Of a DNA stretch of 64,000 bases, positions 1 to 14,518 are shown one piece after another (the first letter of the stretch is position 1; the number at the start of each line of letters is the position of its first letter). Made by a program: the position numbers and the translations under genes. This DNA comes from Coniocarpon cinnabarinum (taxonomy: Eukaryota), in NCBI GenBank assembly GCA_051942205.1, contig JAVECO010000109.1:1-64000 (forward strand), in the 5' to 3' direction. The notes beneath the pieces were generated by a model. The model ran no database searches. It was not told the origin of the DNA and saw only the letters and a list, made by a program, of their open reading frames with translations.

Positions 1-537
1 CCGCTCTCCCACCCCCAGCTGCTATGCTGAGTTCTGCAGTGTAGATTTTCGGAGCTCGATCTCAAATAACGAGGAGCCAGAGAGCTTTACAAATGGAAGA
101 CGGGATTGGACAATGTCGTGTAACGATTGACACTTAAAGAAAGATGTCGCAGTGTGGAGATAGAGATGGTGGAGTAAAGCAGCATATGACGGGCATCTGA
201 TCTTTTGTAGCAATCCGCGCATGACATCCGAGCTTCCTGGGGCGAATGGGGGTCAAGACCACACAATCCCCGCCAATTAGATCTTCTATCTCCGCTGGCC
301 CTGGCAGGGTCGCCGCAGCGTCACTGCATTTCGGCCGTAGCGTATCTGGCACTCGGGCGAGATTGCTCCCACCACCTTCATCGCTCCATACTCATGTCGC
401 TAATATATTTCTTCTATGCAACTGTGTACTAATACAATGAGTCCATATACCGTCATCACAGCCCTGATCTATCCACACTCAAAGATGCCCTTTTGTGTCT
501 ACATTTCCAACCCAACGCCTCGCTATGCTGCTCACCA

Positions 538-3500
538 TCACGGCCGCCGATTCGGTGTCATAAACACGCTCGGCGCAGCCTTCTTCGCTCGAGGTGGTGG
601 GGGTGGAGGAGGCTTCTTCATCACCCTGTGAGGTCGGCTCGCTGCTGCGGCTCCTCCGGCTCCTCCGGACTTGCTTTTCCCTTCATCTTTGGGAGAATCT
701 CCTGCCGGAGAGGCGACATCCTTCATCTCGACATCTGCAAGCTCTGACTTCAGCTTCTTCTTAGAACTGTTGCTCTTATCGGACGCCTCTCGCTTAGCTG
801 GTATTGCTGCTCCTGAAGACGTGTTTTGCGAAGGAGATCTTGACTTCTGGCCATTCTTCGTGTGCGACTGTGCCGACCCTCGTTCCTGCTGTTCACCATC
901 AATTTCCATTTTCGAAACAGTCGAGTTTCGTTTTGGGCCAGACTTAGCCATTCGGCCTGGCTTGCGTTCTTCGTCTACGTCCATCGCATTCGAGTCTCGC
1001 CGGGAATTGGTGCCAGATGCATCCGCCTCTGCTGCAGTCTCCAGCATTGGCATTTTTTCACCGTCTGAAGGAGCCTCCACTTTCTTGGTCTTCTTCAAGG
1101 GCTTGTTGAGGAGAGCTTCGATATTGCCTTGAGTGAAGCATTCAGAACTTTGCGCGTACTGCACCAACTTCTTCCAGTACTGCCCCTTGACCAGGCTTTG
1201 TGAGTTGCCCAGCACCCAGAGCGAAGATTTGGCTCGCGTCAGACCCACATTCATACGTCTGATGTCTTGCAAGAAGCCTATGCCGCCCGACGGACTTGCA
1301 CGCACGCACGAGAAGATGATAATCTCGCTCTCACGGCCCTGAAATGCATCCGTCGTGTTGAACTCAATGTCTTGAGTGATATGTCCCCCAAATTCCCTGC
1401 TGAAGCTGTTTTTGAGCTCCCGCAACTGTGACTTATACGGAGTGATGATCCCCACTTTGCGCACGAAGTCAACCTTGAATTCCATAGTGAGTCTTTGGTA
1501 GAGGTTGATTGCCACACGGATTTCGGCTCTATTAACAAGAGAGTGTCCAGAAGGCGCTGATTGATGCTGACCTTGCACGTCGAAGAACCGGAAAGGACCA
1601 GTAAGCTCAGCTTCATGCCATGGGCGAGTACGCAGCTTGGCCATGTCTGGGCCATCCTTTAAACGGTTTTCATAGAAGGCCGACCTAGGGAAGCTGCTGA
1701 TGTCAGGGTGCATGCGATATTGAGTATCGAGGAGGTGGACAGCGTCCGCATGATTAGACTGCATGCGGACAAACAGCGACTGCTCATACTTAAAGTTTGC
1801 GGCTTCTTTTGAGAAGACGGTAGGTGGGAGTTGCTGCGGATCGCCCACCAGTATACACTTCGCGCAGCCATACTTGAGAGGAATCAACGCACTCAACTCG
1901 ACACACTGAGCAGCCTCATCAATGACGACCGTTTCGAACTCAACGTTCAAATTCTGAAACATGTCATGACCAGATCCGCTGAGCGTGGCGCATATGACAT
2001 GAGCTTCTTCGATGATCTCTTGTTGTGCTTTCCGGCGATTGAGTTCAGCCTGTCGAGATGCTTGCCCCTCGTTATCTTTGGCGGCGTCGACCTTTTGGCT
2101 CAGCAGTTGTTTTGCCTTCTTGAAGTCCTCGACATCTTTTCGGTTCTCAGCCGTATCCTTCTCGTCCAGTCGAGCTCGTGCTTCACGCAGTTTCGTAGAG
2201 ACTTCCTGATGCTCTCGCATAAGCTTCGTGGTTGCCTCGCGTGCTTGCCCTTCGGACACGATGTTGAGCCGCTGATCGATGAGCTCATCAAGTGTAACGT
2301 CTTGAACGTTTGCGTTGATAGCATCACTTCTTCCCAGCCGCACCACCGAAATAGGTCGCGCGCTCCCATCTGTGAGCTTAACGCCCTCTTTGAAGCGCAT
2401 GACTAACTCATCCACGGCAGCATTGCTGGGAGCACACACAAGCATCTTCTTGCTCGGAGGCTTTGATTGGGGGTGTCCGCCATTGATAGCTGGGTAAGCG
2501 ACGGGTACGCTGCCACGTTGCATCGTCGACGTGAGCAAGGCTCCCACTATGGCCACAATGGTCTTGGTCTTGCCAGATCCAGGTGGGCCTTGAACAAGTG
2601 TAAAAGCATCATTATCGAGCGCTGACTTGATCGCCTTGGCTTGAGCTTTGTTGACTTCGTAATTACGCATAAATGGAGACAGAGTCTCGTCCCTGTAGGA
2701 CAGGAGTGGTGATGGCTTCGCCTGTGCGATTTCTTCGCAGAGATCATAGTACTGCAAACCAAGCAGTGCGCCGTACTCACGCTCGAGGGGAACGATGGGC
2801 ATAATTTTTAGGCACTGCGCCACTGCGCCTGGATTTAGAATCGACGACATGCCCCCGCTGGGTAGCACTCGGTAAAGAACCTCAACAAACGTTTTTTTCC
2901 GGATGATCTTCATCACTCGTGACAGACACCGCGATTCTTTATGAGAGTGGTTGTCACCGCTGGCGCTTCTTCCAATCATTACGATGTCGCCTTCTACAAT
3001 ATCTTTGAATTCCTTTCCATCCACAGATGCGCTAACCTCAGAGAAAGCATCGACGCTCGAGCGAGTGATGATCTTCATCACGATTGGCTTGGCCTGATTC
3101 TCTTCTCGAGCTTTGAGGAATCCGTTCCATGCCTCAAGTAAGAGAAGTGGCTGAAACGTACGTTGATAGTCAGAGGGATCACGAAAGGTGTTGAGGACGG
3201 CAGCATAATCATTCTGAGATGCGCCCGGTGGGAAGGGTCCATCATGGTTGGGATTCCAGCCAAGAATATGCTTGTGCAGTGGGCCAAGGTCTGGTGCAAG
3301 ACGTGCCCTCATATCTTTCGCGGATCTGACCAGCCTCTGTTTCTTGACGGGTCCAGCAAGCTGCTGAAGCTTCTTTTTAGACTTCTCCTCATCTTTCTTC
3401 TTCTTCTCTTCTGCTGTTTTTGTTGATTTATCGCCTTCTCCAAAAAGCATCTTGTCCATTTCATCCATTGATTCATCATCTTCCGACTCATCGTCAGAGA

Positions 3501-6500
3501 CCATAACACCCTCACCTTTTGGAGCTTTAATTTCGACACTTGAGCCACCGATGCCAGACAAAGCGGAGCCTCCCATCTTAGCTTTATGTCTCGCGGCAGC
3601 CTCGGCATCGCGTTTCTTCTTCGCTGCAATTTCTTCTTGACGCTTGCGGGCAAACTCAGCTGCGCCGGCCTTCGGTTCCGGTTTTGCTACAGATTTGAGA
3701 GCCGGCGACTTGGTTCTAGATATCTGAGAGGCTTGTTTCTGTCTGTAAGCGATGGAGGCCTGCGAAGTTGAGTCTAATAGGCTCTCATGCGACGGTGTTT
3801 TCTGGTTGCCAGCTTTGCTCTGCCATGTTTCAAGGTCGATCACACCTGCTCGCATCTTTTTGGCAATTGGGTCTGCTTTGCTTTGGTTCAAATCAAAAGC
3901 AACGGATTTGCCAAGATTCTCTTCAAGAGCCCGATGCAACTCGGCTTTTTGGCTGCCCGTCAGTACTGTTCGTGTTTTACCAGTGATGACATCCTCAACA
4001 CTCGTCGCCGTCTCGCCATCAATAGAAGAATCGTACTGTCGAAGACGTCGCAAGACATTGCAGACCAGCGCTGTACTTCGGCTGAGCAACAGATCGTCTC
4101 GCAACCTCAAAAACTTGACCATGACCGGAATGGTGGTGCATGGCTGTTCCGTTAAGCGCTTTCCGGCGGGACGGTTCTCTGCAACAGAGTCCCCACCAGC
4201 CGACAGTGCCCCCACAAACACCGGAAATTGGTCAAAGACCATGCCGGCAAAGTCCAAGACGTCTCTGCAGAATTCCATCATCTTCTCCTTCGGGTGTCCC
4301 ATATTCGCCCATGCTTCTGTGCTGGAGAATATGGCCACAAGCTCTTCCCACATGGCCACCCAGAAATTTTCGACAGCGTCCATACCTTTTTGTGACATGG
4401 TCGAGACTCGTAATATACCCTTGGACGAGCTGCAAAGGATGTCAAGTATATCACGGCAAAATGTCAACATGGTCGACGCCGGCGTGAATGCCCTTTTCCA
4501 GCTGATTCGACGGAGAGCGAGCGAGAAGGCGTTCATAGTACCTTCGAAGTAACTAGTCAGGGCGTCTGCAAGCGCTTCGTATCGCACTTCTTGACCACTT
4601 ATGGTCTTGACCACGTCCACAGTCGCCGAACGCACGTTGGCCTCAGATGACAACAGCTGCATGACAAAAGCGATAAGTACATCATCTTCTTCAAACAAGA
4701 GCTGCAGCGTCGCAGGATCAAAGTCGTTCATACGCTCGAGCATATCCACCAGATAGCCATTGACCTTATCGAAAGCTGCATCAAATTTCGTCAGTCTCGG
4801 CTTCTGCTCTGTCTTGTCGTTGACAATGAACTTCTCAATGCCAACTAGACCCTTGCACCCTAGAATGAGAAACTTCGCCATGAGCATATTATCAGCTGAA
4901 ATTGCCTTGCAGCAGCTTTTCCAAAGATCATCATGGACGACACATGCCTCTGACGGTGGACTTCTATCCTTAGACAGGTAATCGCGGTCATCCTCAAGGC
5001 ATTGTATCTCTAGCGACAGTGCTTGGTAAAGAAGCTCTGCACATGGCTCTGCAAGGCTCTCGGCGTTTTGTGCCAAGGAGATCATCTTGGTTGTTAGTTG
5101 CTGGACAAGTTCTAGGACCTCGGAAATGGCAGCCCTAACATCTACTGAAATTACTGCTGTGGTCAAGGCATTAAGGGTAGCCGCTATCACTCGAAAGCCA
5201 AGCTCTTTGCAGAAGTCTTTTGTCGTGTCCACGATCTCAGGATTCTGTAGTTTATTGAAAAGAATGTCAGCGAGGTCACGACATACTGCCGCTTGCCGCA
5301 CGGGGCGTATTGAGGCCACGAAGGGGGTGATCCATCCAAAAAGCTCGGCCAGGTTCTCTCGCGATGCTGAGCCTTGATTGACCGCACCTAGCCACTGACG
5401 AAAAGCGCGACTGTGGAAAAATTGCTCTATCCAGACACTGGCCGGATTGGAGCCCATCGATTCCCAGAAGTCACTTGGCGAGAGTTCAAGAACATGATGC
5501 ATAGAAGTAGCAATGTCTCTAAAAGAATTCATGTTGTCAACCTGGAGGTGGTCTAAGGCGAGTCTGCACACGTCTTGATCCATGGCTCGCAGTGAATGGG
5601 TGATCAGATCAGCATCGAGCGTGGCGATGATGCTCTTCACGCCGGACCAAAACGTGGGAAGGAAGGAGCTGTCCAGATCAGAAAGGTGGACACGAGTCAT
5701 GGCTTTCGCCAGAGGCTCCCGGACAGACCACTGAAACTCAGTCGCAGTAATATTACGTTTGGCTTTTCTGCAAACCATATGCGCCCACCAATTGCGTTCG
5801 GGATGGGATTGGAAGAAGAAAAACCCGACCGCTGGAGGAAAGCGATCCATTCTAAGGGGGCGGTTCTCTTGAATAAGCATGAAACTTTGGTCGAAGAACT
5901 GAGCAAGGAAGTGTTCATCTTGCAAGACAGCTTCGGAGTGGAGTGCCTCGAACAAAGCATAGAGACCTTCTTGACTGCGCTGCTGCAGTCCTTTGATACC
6001 GCGGTCCTTCTTTGGCAGCTCTTTCAGGATCTTCTGAGACTGCTGGAGGCCGCGTTGAATTCGTCGCGAGTTTCTGGAATCAAATTTCTGAATAAATTCT
6101 GCTACTTCTGGACCATCATAAGACCTGTAATGGTAAATCAAAGCACAGCAAAGATAGGGGGAAGACTTACTCGTCCAGCATCTGCATCAGCTCTCGCCTT
6201 CCGCGGTGATACTCTCGAATGCATATATCGCATTGAGACAGCTGTTCATCAAGCCGCGTCTCCAAAAAGCTTTGATACTTCTCAGCATCAGCACCGTCGT
6301 ACGCGAAGATTTTCAAGCTTTCGAGGACCATGGTCTTGCGTTTGCGAGCCTCTGATGCACCTCTTTGCATCGATTCATGGTCGTTGGCTTGGAGGGCTGA
6401 GGTGTCTCTGATGTCCTCCGTAAAGCAAACGGCTCCATCTTCGGAACCTGAGCGGTTACAAAACCAGTGCAGTTCCGCCGGTAGCTGCTTGATGGTCCTA

Positions 6501-6578
6501 GAGGCATGTCAGAAATGCACACTAGCCTCAAACGGCTCAAAACGTCTCAGCATACTCGATCGTGCGGATTAAGTCCAT
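538..6578 (-). CDS. SEN1: Sen1/senataxin-type superfamily 1 RNA/DNA helicase (3 exons; introns ~6498-6555 and ~6125-6170)
   Basis: The 1867-aa ORF has Upf1-like helicase motifs QGPPGSGKT, VCAPSNAAVDE, VIDEAAQ, LVGDPQQLPP, QYRMHP, GIITPY, DAFQGRE and RRMNVGLTRAK, plus a long helical N-terminal domain. Upstream exons join through GT-AG introns (MDLIRTIETIKQLPAELHWFC...). Confidence 0.95.
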
Positions 6579-7678
6579 CTTGCGTAGAGGTTAGGTCGCT
6601 CTGACCGCCCCAAGACACGGCTTGCAGGCTTTCATAGGCCCTGGATAGGTACGTTAGTGCCTACGACATTGGGGAGTAATCTAAGTAGCAGCGGCTCAAA
6701 ATTTCACTTCCTGCATAGATACATCCTCGCATCTGATCTTCTTGCAGAGTTGACTTATCGACGTGAGAGCATGACCGCACAAATTACAGCCTGGAATATC
6801 GGCTAGCCCCGGCAGGGTCGTTTTAATCAATTAAAACATCGGCACACCTTCCCCAGACGCTACGGTAGGAGCACTCTATAATTTATTAGATCAGAACGCA
6901 TCTAAAATAGAAAAGATTAGATCTTCCTTTGTGCCTTGATGTGGCACGGAAGTTGACAGCCTTTGTGCGCGATGCCTTCAGCTTCACGTGTTCCCCTCCA
7001 GCTCTACCCACCCCAGTGTTGATCACGCCACACGCACAGTCTTAAGACCAGGCTTGCAGAGTGGATCCCACAGCAAGCACGCCGAAGCCTATGACATGCA
7101 GGACATCAGCAGCATCTCAAAACTTCACCCGCTGCATAGACACATTCTAAACTACGGAAGATGCCACAGCTCCTGCACTTGCATCAGCTCTCGGGTCTGA
7201 TCAAGCAAAAGTGAACGCGTCGAATGAATTGTGTTTCAAGAACAAGAGTCAACTTTGGGCTGTTCCGACTTGCATCAAAGAATCTGCAAGGAAAGAAGAA
7301 GGCGATGATCTGACCAAAGGACAAACACGAGTGATGGTCCGTGCACGGACGCGTCCCTCGCCCTGAACAGGGCATTAGTGGCAAACTGCGGCAGCATCGT
7401 AACCTACTCAGGTACAAAGTTGACTCCAGGAGCGGCAATACTTTCAAGACTTCTTCAAACACTATGTGCAGTATTCTAGTTGACGAGTGGCTACAGAGCA
7501 CACCAGTCCTCTCCTGCTTCAACCAGCTGGGATCGCTTCCCATTAATGTCAGTGCTCTCCATGCACGCCATTGTTATCAGTATATACAAACATTATCATT
7601 GACAGTCGAACCCTAAAACATCACGCCTTTCCCATCGTGCATTCGTGCAGAGCGGCTACCGTAGCCACCCCGGGGTCG

Positions 7679-10600
7679 CTATCGCAATTTCGAAGGTGGA
7701 TGCGCGTTGCTGCTTTCTACTTTCGCCAACTGCGCCGCGCTCGTCATGTCGCGCGACCGTTCAAAGCTGGGTCGTAATTGATCTAAGCTGCTTCGCATCC
7801 TGTCGTACGAAGGCCTAGGTCGGTCGAAGGATCCTCTGGGCTGATCTTGCGACAGACGCATCGAAATCGGCGGTGGGAAGGTACTGTCATCGCTGCCTTG
7901 CTGGCTGTGTGGATTACGATTGCCGGTGGTGGCAGTGCCAGCGACCGAGGGCGGATAGATGGGTCTTTCAGCCTCGGATCTGGCAGCTTCCGACATTTTT
8001 CTGATGCCATTCATGCCTGCTTTAGGGTCCGAGGCTTCAGAAGAACTCGACGATGAAGCGTGTTGGTTCATCTTGTTTATAATGTCACTTGCCGAAGAGG
8101 GATCGGTCCCCTCCAGATAATCGAACTTGCCGAGACGCACTTGCTCGCGGATGATGTCGACGTCCAGGGGGAAGTATATCTTTTGAATCGCTTTTGCAAA
8201 GAATCGAGGAAGCAGACAAATGACAATCATGACGAAGAACAATGCCCAAAACGCCAGCGTTGCAAATATTTCTGATGCGGCATGGTAGAAGACGTAAGCG
8301 ACGGTGAATGAGGTGTAGACGCCAGTCCAGAAAAAGATGAGGAGAACACTGATCAGCGCGATGCCAAGTGTTGCCCAATCCCAACGGTAAATGTTCATGA
8401 CAATGTACGCGTTGATGGATGCCACGGCCCCACACCCAATGAACACACCCAATCGAGTCTGGTCGTTGACAGAGAGACCATTTTTGGTATTGAAAGTGCC
8501 CGGAGCAAAGAGTAATTCTGTCATGAATAGGCAAATGATTGACTGATAGAGCCCATCAAACATGTAGACCCAGAATTTCCACTGTGTCCATTCCTTCTGT
8601 TCGATGCCGCGTCGATACAGCTGAGGCACCGCGAGGGAAACTTTGTCGCTGACATCCTGGTCGAGTATGCCCAGGAAGATGACCGTTAGTGAAGTAAAGG
8701 CCAAGTTGAAGAGAATAACGTAGCTATAATCGAAGACGTAGCCGCCGTCGTAATTGTCGTAAATTTGATACCAGAAAAGAGAAAAGGCCCAGACGATGTT
8801 TTTGTAGAAGAAATTGGATATAGTCTCTGCCATCCGGCGGTAGTTCCAACGGCCGTGAACGAGGAGCAGACGCGTCAAGAACCTGAATTGGCCAATCGCA
8901 AAGTCCGAGGACATGACTGCCTGTCGACCCTCTTCGCCTGCAATACCGACGCCGACGTCGGCCTGCTGAATCATGGCTACGTCATTTGCACCATCACCGA
9001 CAGCGAGGGTAATGACGTTCAGACCGTTTTTCACCAAGCCAACGACAGCGGCTTTCTGTGCCGGACTGACTCTGCAGCAAAGGACCGACTGGCATTGTTT
9101 GCAGAGGAGTAGGAACTTTCGCTTGATTGACTCATCCAGAACGAGCTTCAAAGACTCGCCGTCGACTATGATTGCGTGTGTGGGGTCTGGCGCGCCATGA
9201 TCCTGTCTCGCGGCTTGAAGCTCAGCCTCCGAACCGACCATGTTGAACGTCCTTAAATTCTTGTCAAGCTCAGCTTCGGCAGTGGCAAGGTTACCATCCT
9301 CAATCTGCAACATAATCAGGTCCATGTCATTGTTGAGCAGATTGCAAGAGAAGCCGATGTTGATTGCGGTCTCAACCTTGTCACCGGTCAAGACCCAAAG
9401 CTTGATACCAGCAGTACCAAGTAACGCAATGGAGTCCGGTACTCCACCTTGCAGTTGGTCTTCTATGGCGGTACCACCGAGGAGAGTGAGATCTCGTTCT
9501 ATCTCATCTGCAACTTCCTCGAGCTTATCTTCGCGATGCTCGACAGCCGCTGCTGCCGCGTCGTGCCGAACGTTCCACTGCTGATATAAATCCTCGGGTA
9601 TTACCTTTGAGGCAACGCACAGAGTGCGGAGACCCTCACGAGCAAATTCTTCAAGATGCGCTGCCGTGGCTTTGCGCATTTCTTGCTGCTCACCGGCGTA
9701 TAGTCGTGAATAAATGATGCTGTCAGCGCCTTTGCAGAAGAGAACGATCTTTCCGTCGGGCATCCGGATGATCGAACTCATGCGCTTTCGCGTGGAATTG
9801 AATTCGAGAGTATTCAGCACGGTGAACTCTTGCTCCTTACCCATAATGTTGAGTATGATGCCATCCGCGGTTCGACCAATGACAGTGAATCCGTAATCAC
9901 GCGCGGTGGCAACAAGTGCAGCCTCATCCGGAGACTGGGCTTTGAACTCGATTCTCGGAGGATTTCCTGGCGTCCGCTCGGTGATGACGGAGTGACACAG
10001 TGCCAATGCAATCATAAAATCATAAGTCGCCTTGGCTTGATACTCGCCGCTAGCGCCTCCAATGTCAGCGACCAGATTTGGAGCCACCATCTGAAGATCG
10101 TCCTCGCGTAAATATGGATTATCATGCTGCTGCCGTATAAGTCTCAGCGTCTCGACACGATCTTTCTCAATCTGGACTCGGGCCGTCTCGCCCTCTTTGG
10201 CAACATCGATCCCCTGACGCTTCTGCATACCGGCCAAGGCCTCTGTGTATGCTTCACCGTATGGCTCACCGGCAACGGTCGCCTTCTTGAACTCCATGAC
10301 GTTCTGGGTCAGTGTGCCTGTCTTGTCGGAGAAGACGTACTCGATCTGTCCCAGGTCGTCACTTATATTCCAGGATTTAGGCGTGCATGGAAAGTCAAGT
10401 TTTTCCCAGTACATGTGTGTGTCACTGTAAATGAAGAAGGCTTGGAATGTGCGGACGATCTCGAGACTGATGTAGAGTGAAATGGGTACCAAGTTCTGGA
10501 AGAGAATGATTGATGCCCAGAATGTGATAAGTCCGTTGATGGCCGAGTCACCAGAGCCGTAGTTCCCGTACTCAAACCATTGTGAGGAAGTATCGCTCCT

Positions 10601-12272
10601 GTCCCAGAAGAAACCCTCGACAAAGCCGGCCACAACGCACATGAAAAACAAAACAATAAAGTTGTAGCAAACATTCCAATTCAGGTCCCTGGAAATTTTG
10701 GCGCGCTTGCTGGGAGTGACTCCGGAGTTGAGCATAATCTTTGTTTCTTGACCGGTGAAAATGACGACGCCAAGCACCCACTCGGTGTTCCTCAAACTAC
10801 AGCCGCGAAGCAGCAAGTTGTTAATTGACAAAGGCTCAGCCATTCGTTTGGTGGGTTTGTCCGGATCACGTTTGTTGGTCTGATTCCACTTGATGACTCC
10901 GTTGTAGCTGTACAAGTTTGCTTGAGGGCCTTCGCTTTGTATTGTGAACTCAGCTTTCTCGCAGTCCCGAGCTCTCTTCATCTTGCGGCCACATCGTAGC
11001 GACTGTCGAACTTTAAGATTGGTTTCGCCGTCGAGCTCTTTCGTTTCAATGTAGCAAGCTCCGTCAGGGTCTGAGGTCGAGAGAACCACCATGTCTGCTG
11101 GGACTGGGTCACCATTGAAGAGGCGAATGTAGTCGCCTACTTGGATGTTTTTCCAGGCATCCTTATTAAAGCGGGCTTTCTCAGGGGTCGTTTTTGAATA
11201 GTTGATCAGATCCCCAAAATCCCGCTTTTGGGGCTGAGGGGCAAAATCTTGTCCCGGGACCTGAAGACTCGACTGTGTGTATGCAGGAGGTGGTGACATG
11301 GCCCCTCCGCTCAGGTCCTTGCTGCGTCTGGGAGACGGGACAGGGGTCATTTCCACGTCATCCCCGCGTTCGTCTGACTGAAAAGAAGGTCGGTCGAGGT
11401 ATTGAGAGTCGCGTTGAGCCATGTTAGGCCGACTGTTGGCGTTATCCATGGCACGATCGGCATAGGCATCCAATGCATTCTTTTGACGTTGGGTCTTGTT
11501 CTGGTGATGCTTCATCCAGGTCCACAACGTGACAATCCCTCGAGTGTTTGCCTTCTTGAATCGGCGCCACAGACTGATCTTGTCGCCGGCCGCGTTGACG
11601 TTTTCCCAGTCGACGAGGCGATGGACGCCGGAGTTGTTAAGTTCATTATCAAGAACAGTGCGCCGGAAGTCTTCGATGGCGTCCTTGATAGCAGTAATAG
11701 TCACAATAACAATCAGAGGGACGGAATTTAATGCCGGATTTTGAACACCAAAAATTGGCTCAATCTAGAGCAAAGTTAGCAAAGCTGTGTGAGCCACAGT
11801 GGAGATCTTCGCAAGGCGACCAGCGTACCGAAAGCAACACAATGAACAGAAAGTAGATATTGGCGACATTGTGGAATTGAAACCACAAATTCTTCGGGAC
11901 AAACGATAAAGGGGTATACTTTGCGGTTCTGATCTTGTTCCGAGCATAGTGTGCCACAGGTCGCCCGTCTTCATCCTTGGCCTCTGGAGGGAGAGGTTGG
12001 TTGACGTATATGGTGCGCCCTGTAGCCTCGCCGTCGGCATCACCGTTCTCACTCGGCTCATTGTCGGTCACTGCCGATTGGGCGCTTTTGTCGCTCGGTG
12101 TTCGTCGGTGATGAAATCGGTCGAGTATAGACTGTCGCTTCCGGCGTCCCTGCTGAGGGCTGGCCTTGTGCGTTGCCCATCTGATACGGTTGTGAGGCGC
12201 AGACCTGACTGTCTGAGCGTTTGTGCCCTCCTCCAGGTGCGGAGAGACTCCCCCATCGGGCTGGTCCGCCAT
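7679..12272 (-). CDS. DNF1: P4-type phospholipid-translocating ATPase (Dnf1/Dnf2-like flippase); intron 11765-11828
   Basis: Motifs DKTGTLT (phosphorylation), LDGETNLK, KLWVLTGDK, CCRVSPAQK and GDGANDV; N-terminal NKIRTAKYTPLSFVPKNLWFQFHNVAN; multiple C-terminal TM helices. Confidence 0.93.
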
Positions 12273-13437
12273 ATCCTGCAAGACGGAGAGGTACTCGGAC
12301 CCTCTGCCTTGCGTTTGCCTCCCACCCGAGGGCCTACGATTGGAGAAATCCCATCCACGTGCGCGTTGACGTAAGTGCCGTCAATGACAGCGCGTGCGCG
12401 GCAGAGTGTGCGCGAACGACGACGACTCGAGGATGAGGTAAGTGAGGGAGAAAGATTATCAATCGCAGGTGCCAAGCCAAGCTCGCGCTAGAATGTCAGC
12501 TTTGGCCGAAGACGCGAAGGGCCAAGTCCGCAGGCTGAGCGACGACGAGAAGATGCGATGTGAGCTGCGCCGAAAGTTGACGTATCCGACGGAGAAGAGC
12601 ACTCGGTCGTGTGCAGTGTGGGTGTTGAGGATGGCAGAGTGCACGACTGTGGAGATGACGAATGCACGATTGGGCGGGCTCACAGGTCGAGGGGGGCCAA
12701 CGGGGCGATCGGATCAGTGGGCCGTCGCGCAGGATGGTCAAGAATCTGCTATACACAGACAGAGGATGTCGACGGAGACATTGGCGGCGAGCGAGGGAAC
12801 AAGCGTGCGGAGGATGAGGGGAGAGAGCGCCGCAAACATGACAACAGAGGGAAAAAAGTCAGGACAGCAGACGAGTCGGTATGGGTTGACATTCGCTAGG
12901 TAAGCTCGCAGGCGGGAAAGGGAGTCTTGGGAGTCCGAGCGAGCGGCGCGGTGCCACGCTTCTGCTTAGTGGCCGCAGCTCTCAGTGCAAAACATGAAGT
13001 ACCTGTTTCCATCATCTCGCCTGCCCATCCACCATCTCACCTCAACCATCTTACCGTCGCGGAGCCACTCGCGCTCACAGCCTGTTTGGTCGTTTTTCCC
13101 TTGCATCCATCCATGCGACAAGTGTCCAGGGACCGCGTGGACATCCCTCGCCCTCCCCAGAGAGTCGTGCAGGGATTCCTCGCGCTGCGGCTTTTGCGAC
13201 CCAGCGACCGTTGCAATGTCGCTGGCCCTGAGCCGAACTGGAATCCTTGATCTGCGCACTAGTCCGAGAAGGGTTATAGCCTACAGCCGCAGAGGCTTGT
13301 CACGTGTCGTCGTTAGATACACTTCTCAAGATGAGAACCAAAAGCTGGCTGGTGCGTACACTGGCTTTGCGCAACGGGTGACAGTGCCAGATGCATTCTC
13401 GCTACAGAGCCTCTGCCCGCCTCGCTCGCTGTGTTCA

Positions 13438-14518
13438 TCAGGCATACATAGAGTTTTCCATAGGCGCCTCCATCTCATATTCAATCTCCCTCTGTGGTCC
13501 CTTCGTCCTACCCTTTCTTCTCGCTACTTTGGGTGATGAAGCCGGCACAGGACGCTTGCGCTTCGCGCCCGTCAGAACCTTCTTGAGCTTTTCATCCTCT
13601 TCCTCATCCGGATCATCGGTCTCGCCCCCTTCTGAGTCGGATGACTCCCCAGCCTCACTGCTCTCGAGGCCCTCAGACCCGTTCCAGTCCTCAACGTCGC
13701 CAGCTTCTTCGTCCGATTCGCCTTCGAGGTCACTCACGTATTCAACAGCGCCGTCGGCGCCATCTAGCTCTTCCTCTTGCTCCATTTCTAACTCTCTCTC
13801 TTCCTCCTCCAGCTCTTCTAGCTCTGCAGGGTTTGTGTCCCTGGACCCCTCTCCGGCGCGCTCTAGGCCCCGCAACACTTTCTTCCACATAGCTTCATCA
13901 ACATTCAGCGGGTTGTCTCCATATGCACCGCTTCGTAACCGCTCGATCAATTCCCGCTCTATCGCTCGCTCGACTCTTGCGGCACGCTCTGCCTTCTTCT
14001 CACGCGCCTCCTCGCGTCTCTTGATCTTCGGCGCCAATTTGGGCACGACCTTCTCGCCTAGGCGAGCCTCTTCTTTCGCCAGTCGACGCATTCGCAGGGC
14101 GACTTGCGTCAGTCGGGTCAATCGTTGCTTGCATTTGTGCACGAGAAATTTAGGCCAGTAGGCCAGTTGCAAATCGATCTGTTCCAACGCCTTTGCATAA
14201 TTATTGGAGAGTTTTGTCCGCTCCCACATCTTGCTTGGCAGGTGTGCTCGCTCAATCGTCTTGGTGTACAGGTATAACTTGGAAGCATCCATGGGATCGG
14301 AGCGGATAGTGGCGTAGCGACTATTGGCGAGGGGACAAGTCTGTCGACCGCATAGGCCGGTGACATTGTATTCATTGCGGCAGAAGGTCTGGTCTTTGCT
14401 GGTCCTTGAAAATTCTGTAAGCTGCGAGCTACAAAGATGGTTGACAAATGCCCTACTTCAGTTTGAAGGAGCACATCTGTTGATTTATGATCTGCCATAT
14501 TATCTCGTCTGAAGCCAT
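13438..14518 (-). CDS. MAK16: MAK16 60S ribosome biogenesis protein; one intron near 14405-14456
   Basis: The spliced N-terminus reads MASDEIIWQIINQQMCSFKLKTSKDQTFCRNEYNVTGLC...CPLANSRYATI. It also has KTIERAHLPSKMWE, HKCKQRLTRLTQ, LIERLRSGAYGD and an acidic C-terminus. Confidence 0.95.

Noticed and set aside
671..6411. Several 150-270-aa plus-strand ORFs (e.g. 3752-4552, 5596-6411)
   Set aside because: Antisense shadows of the SEN1 coding sequence with no recognisable domains.
13391..14161. 256-aa Ser-rich plus-strand ORF
   Set aside because: Antisense mirror of the Glu-rich MAK16 C-terminus.
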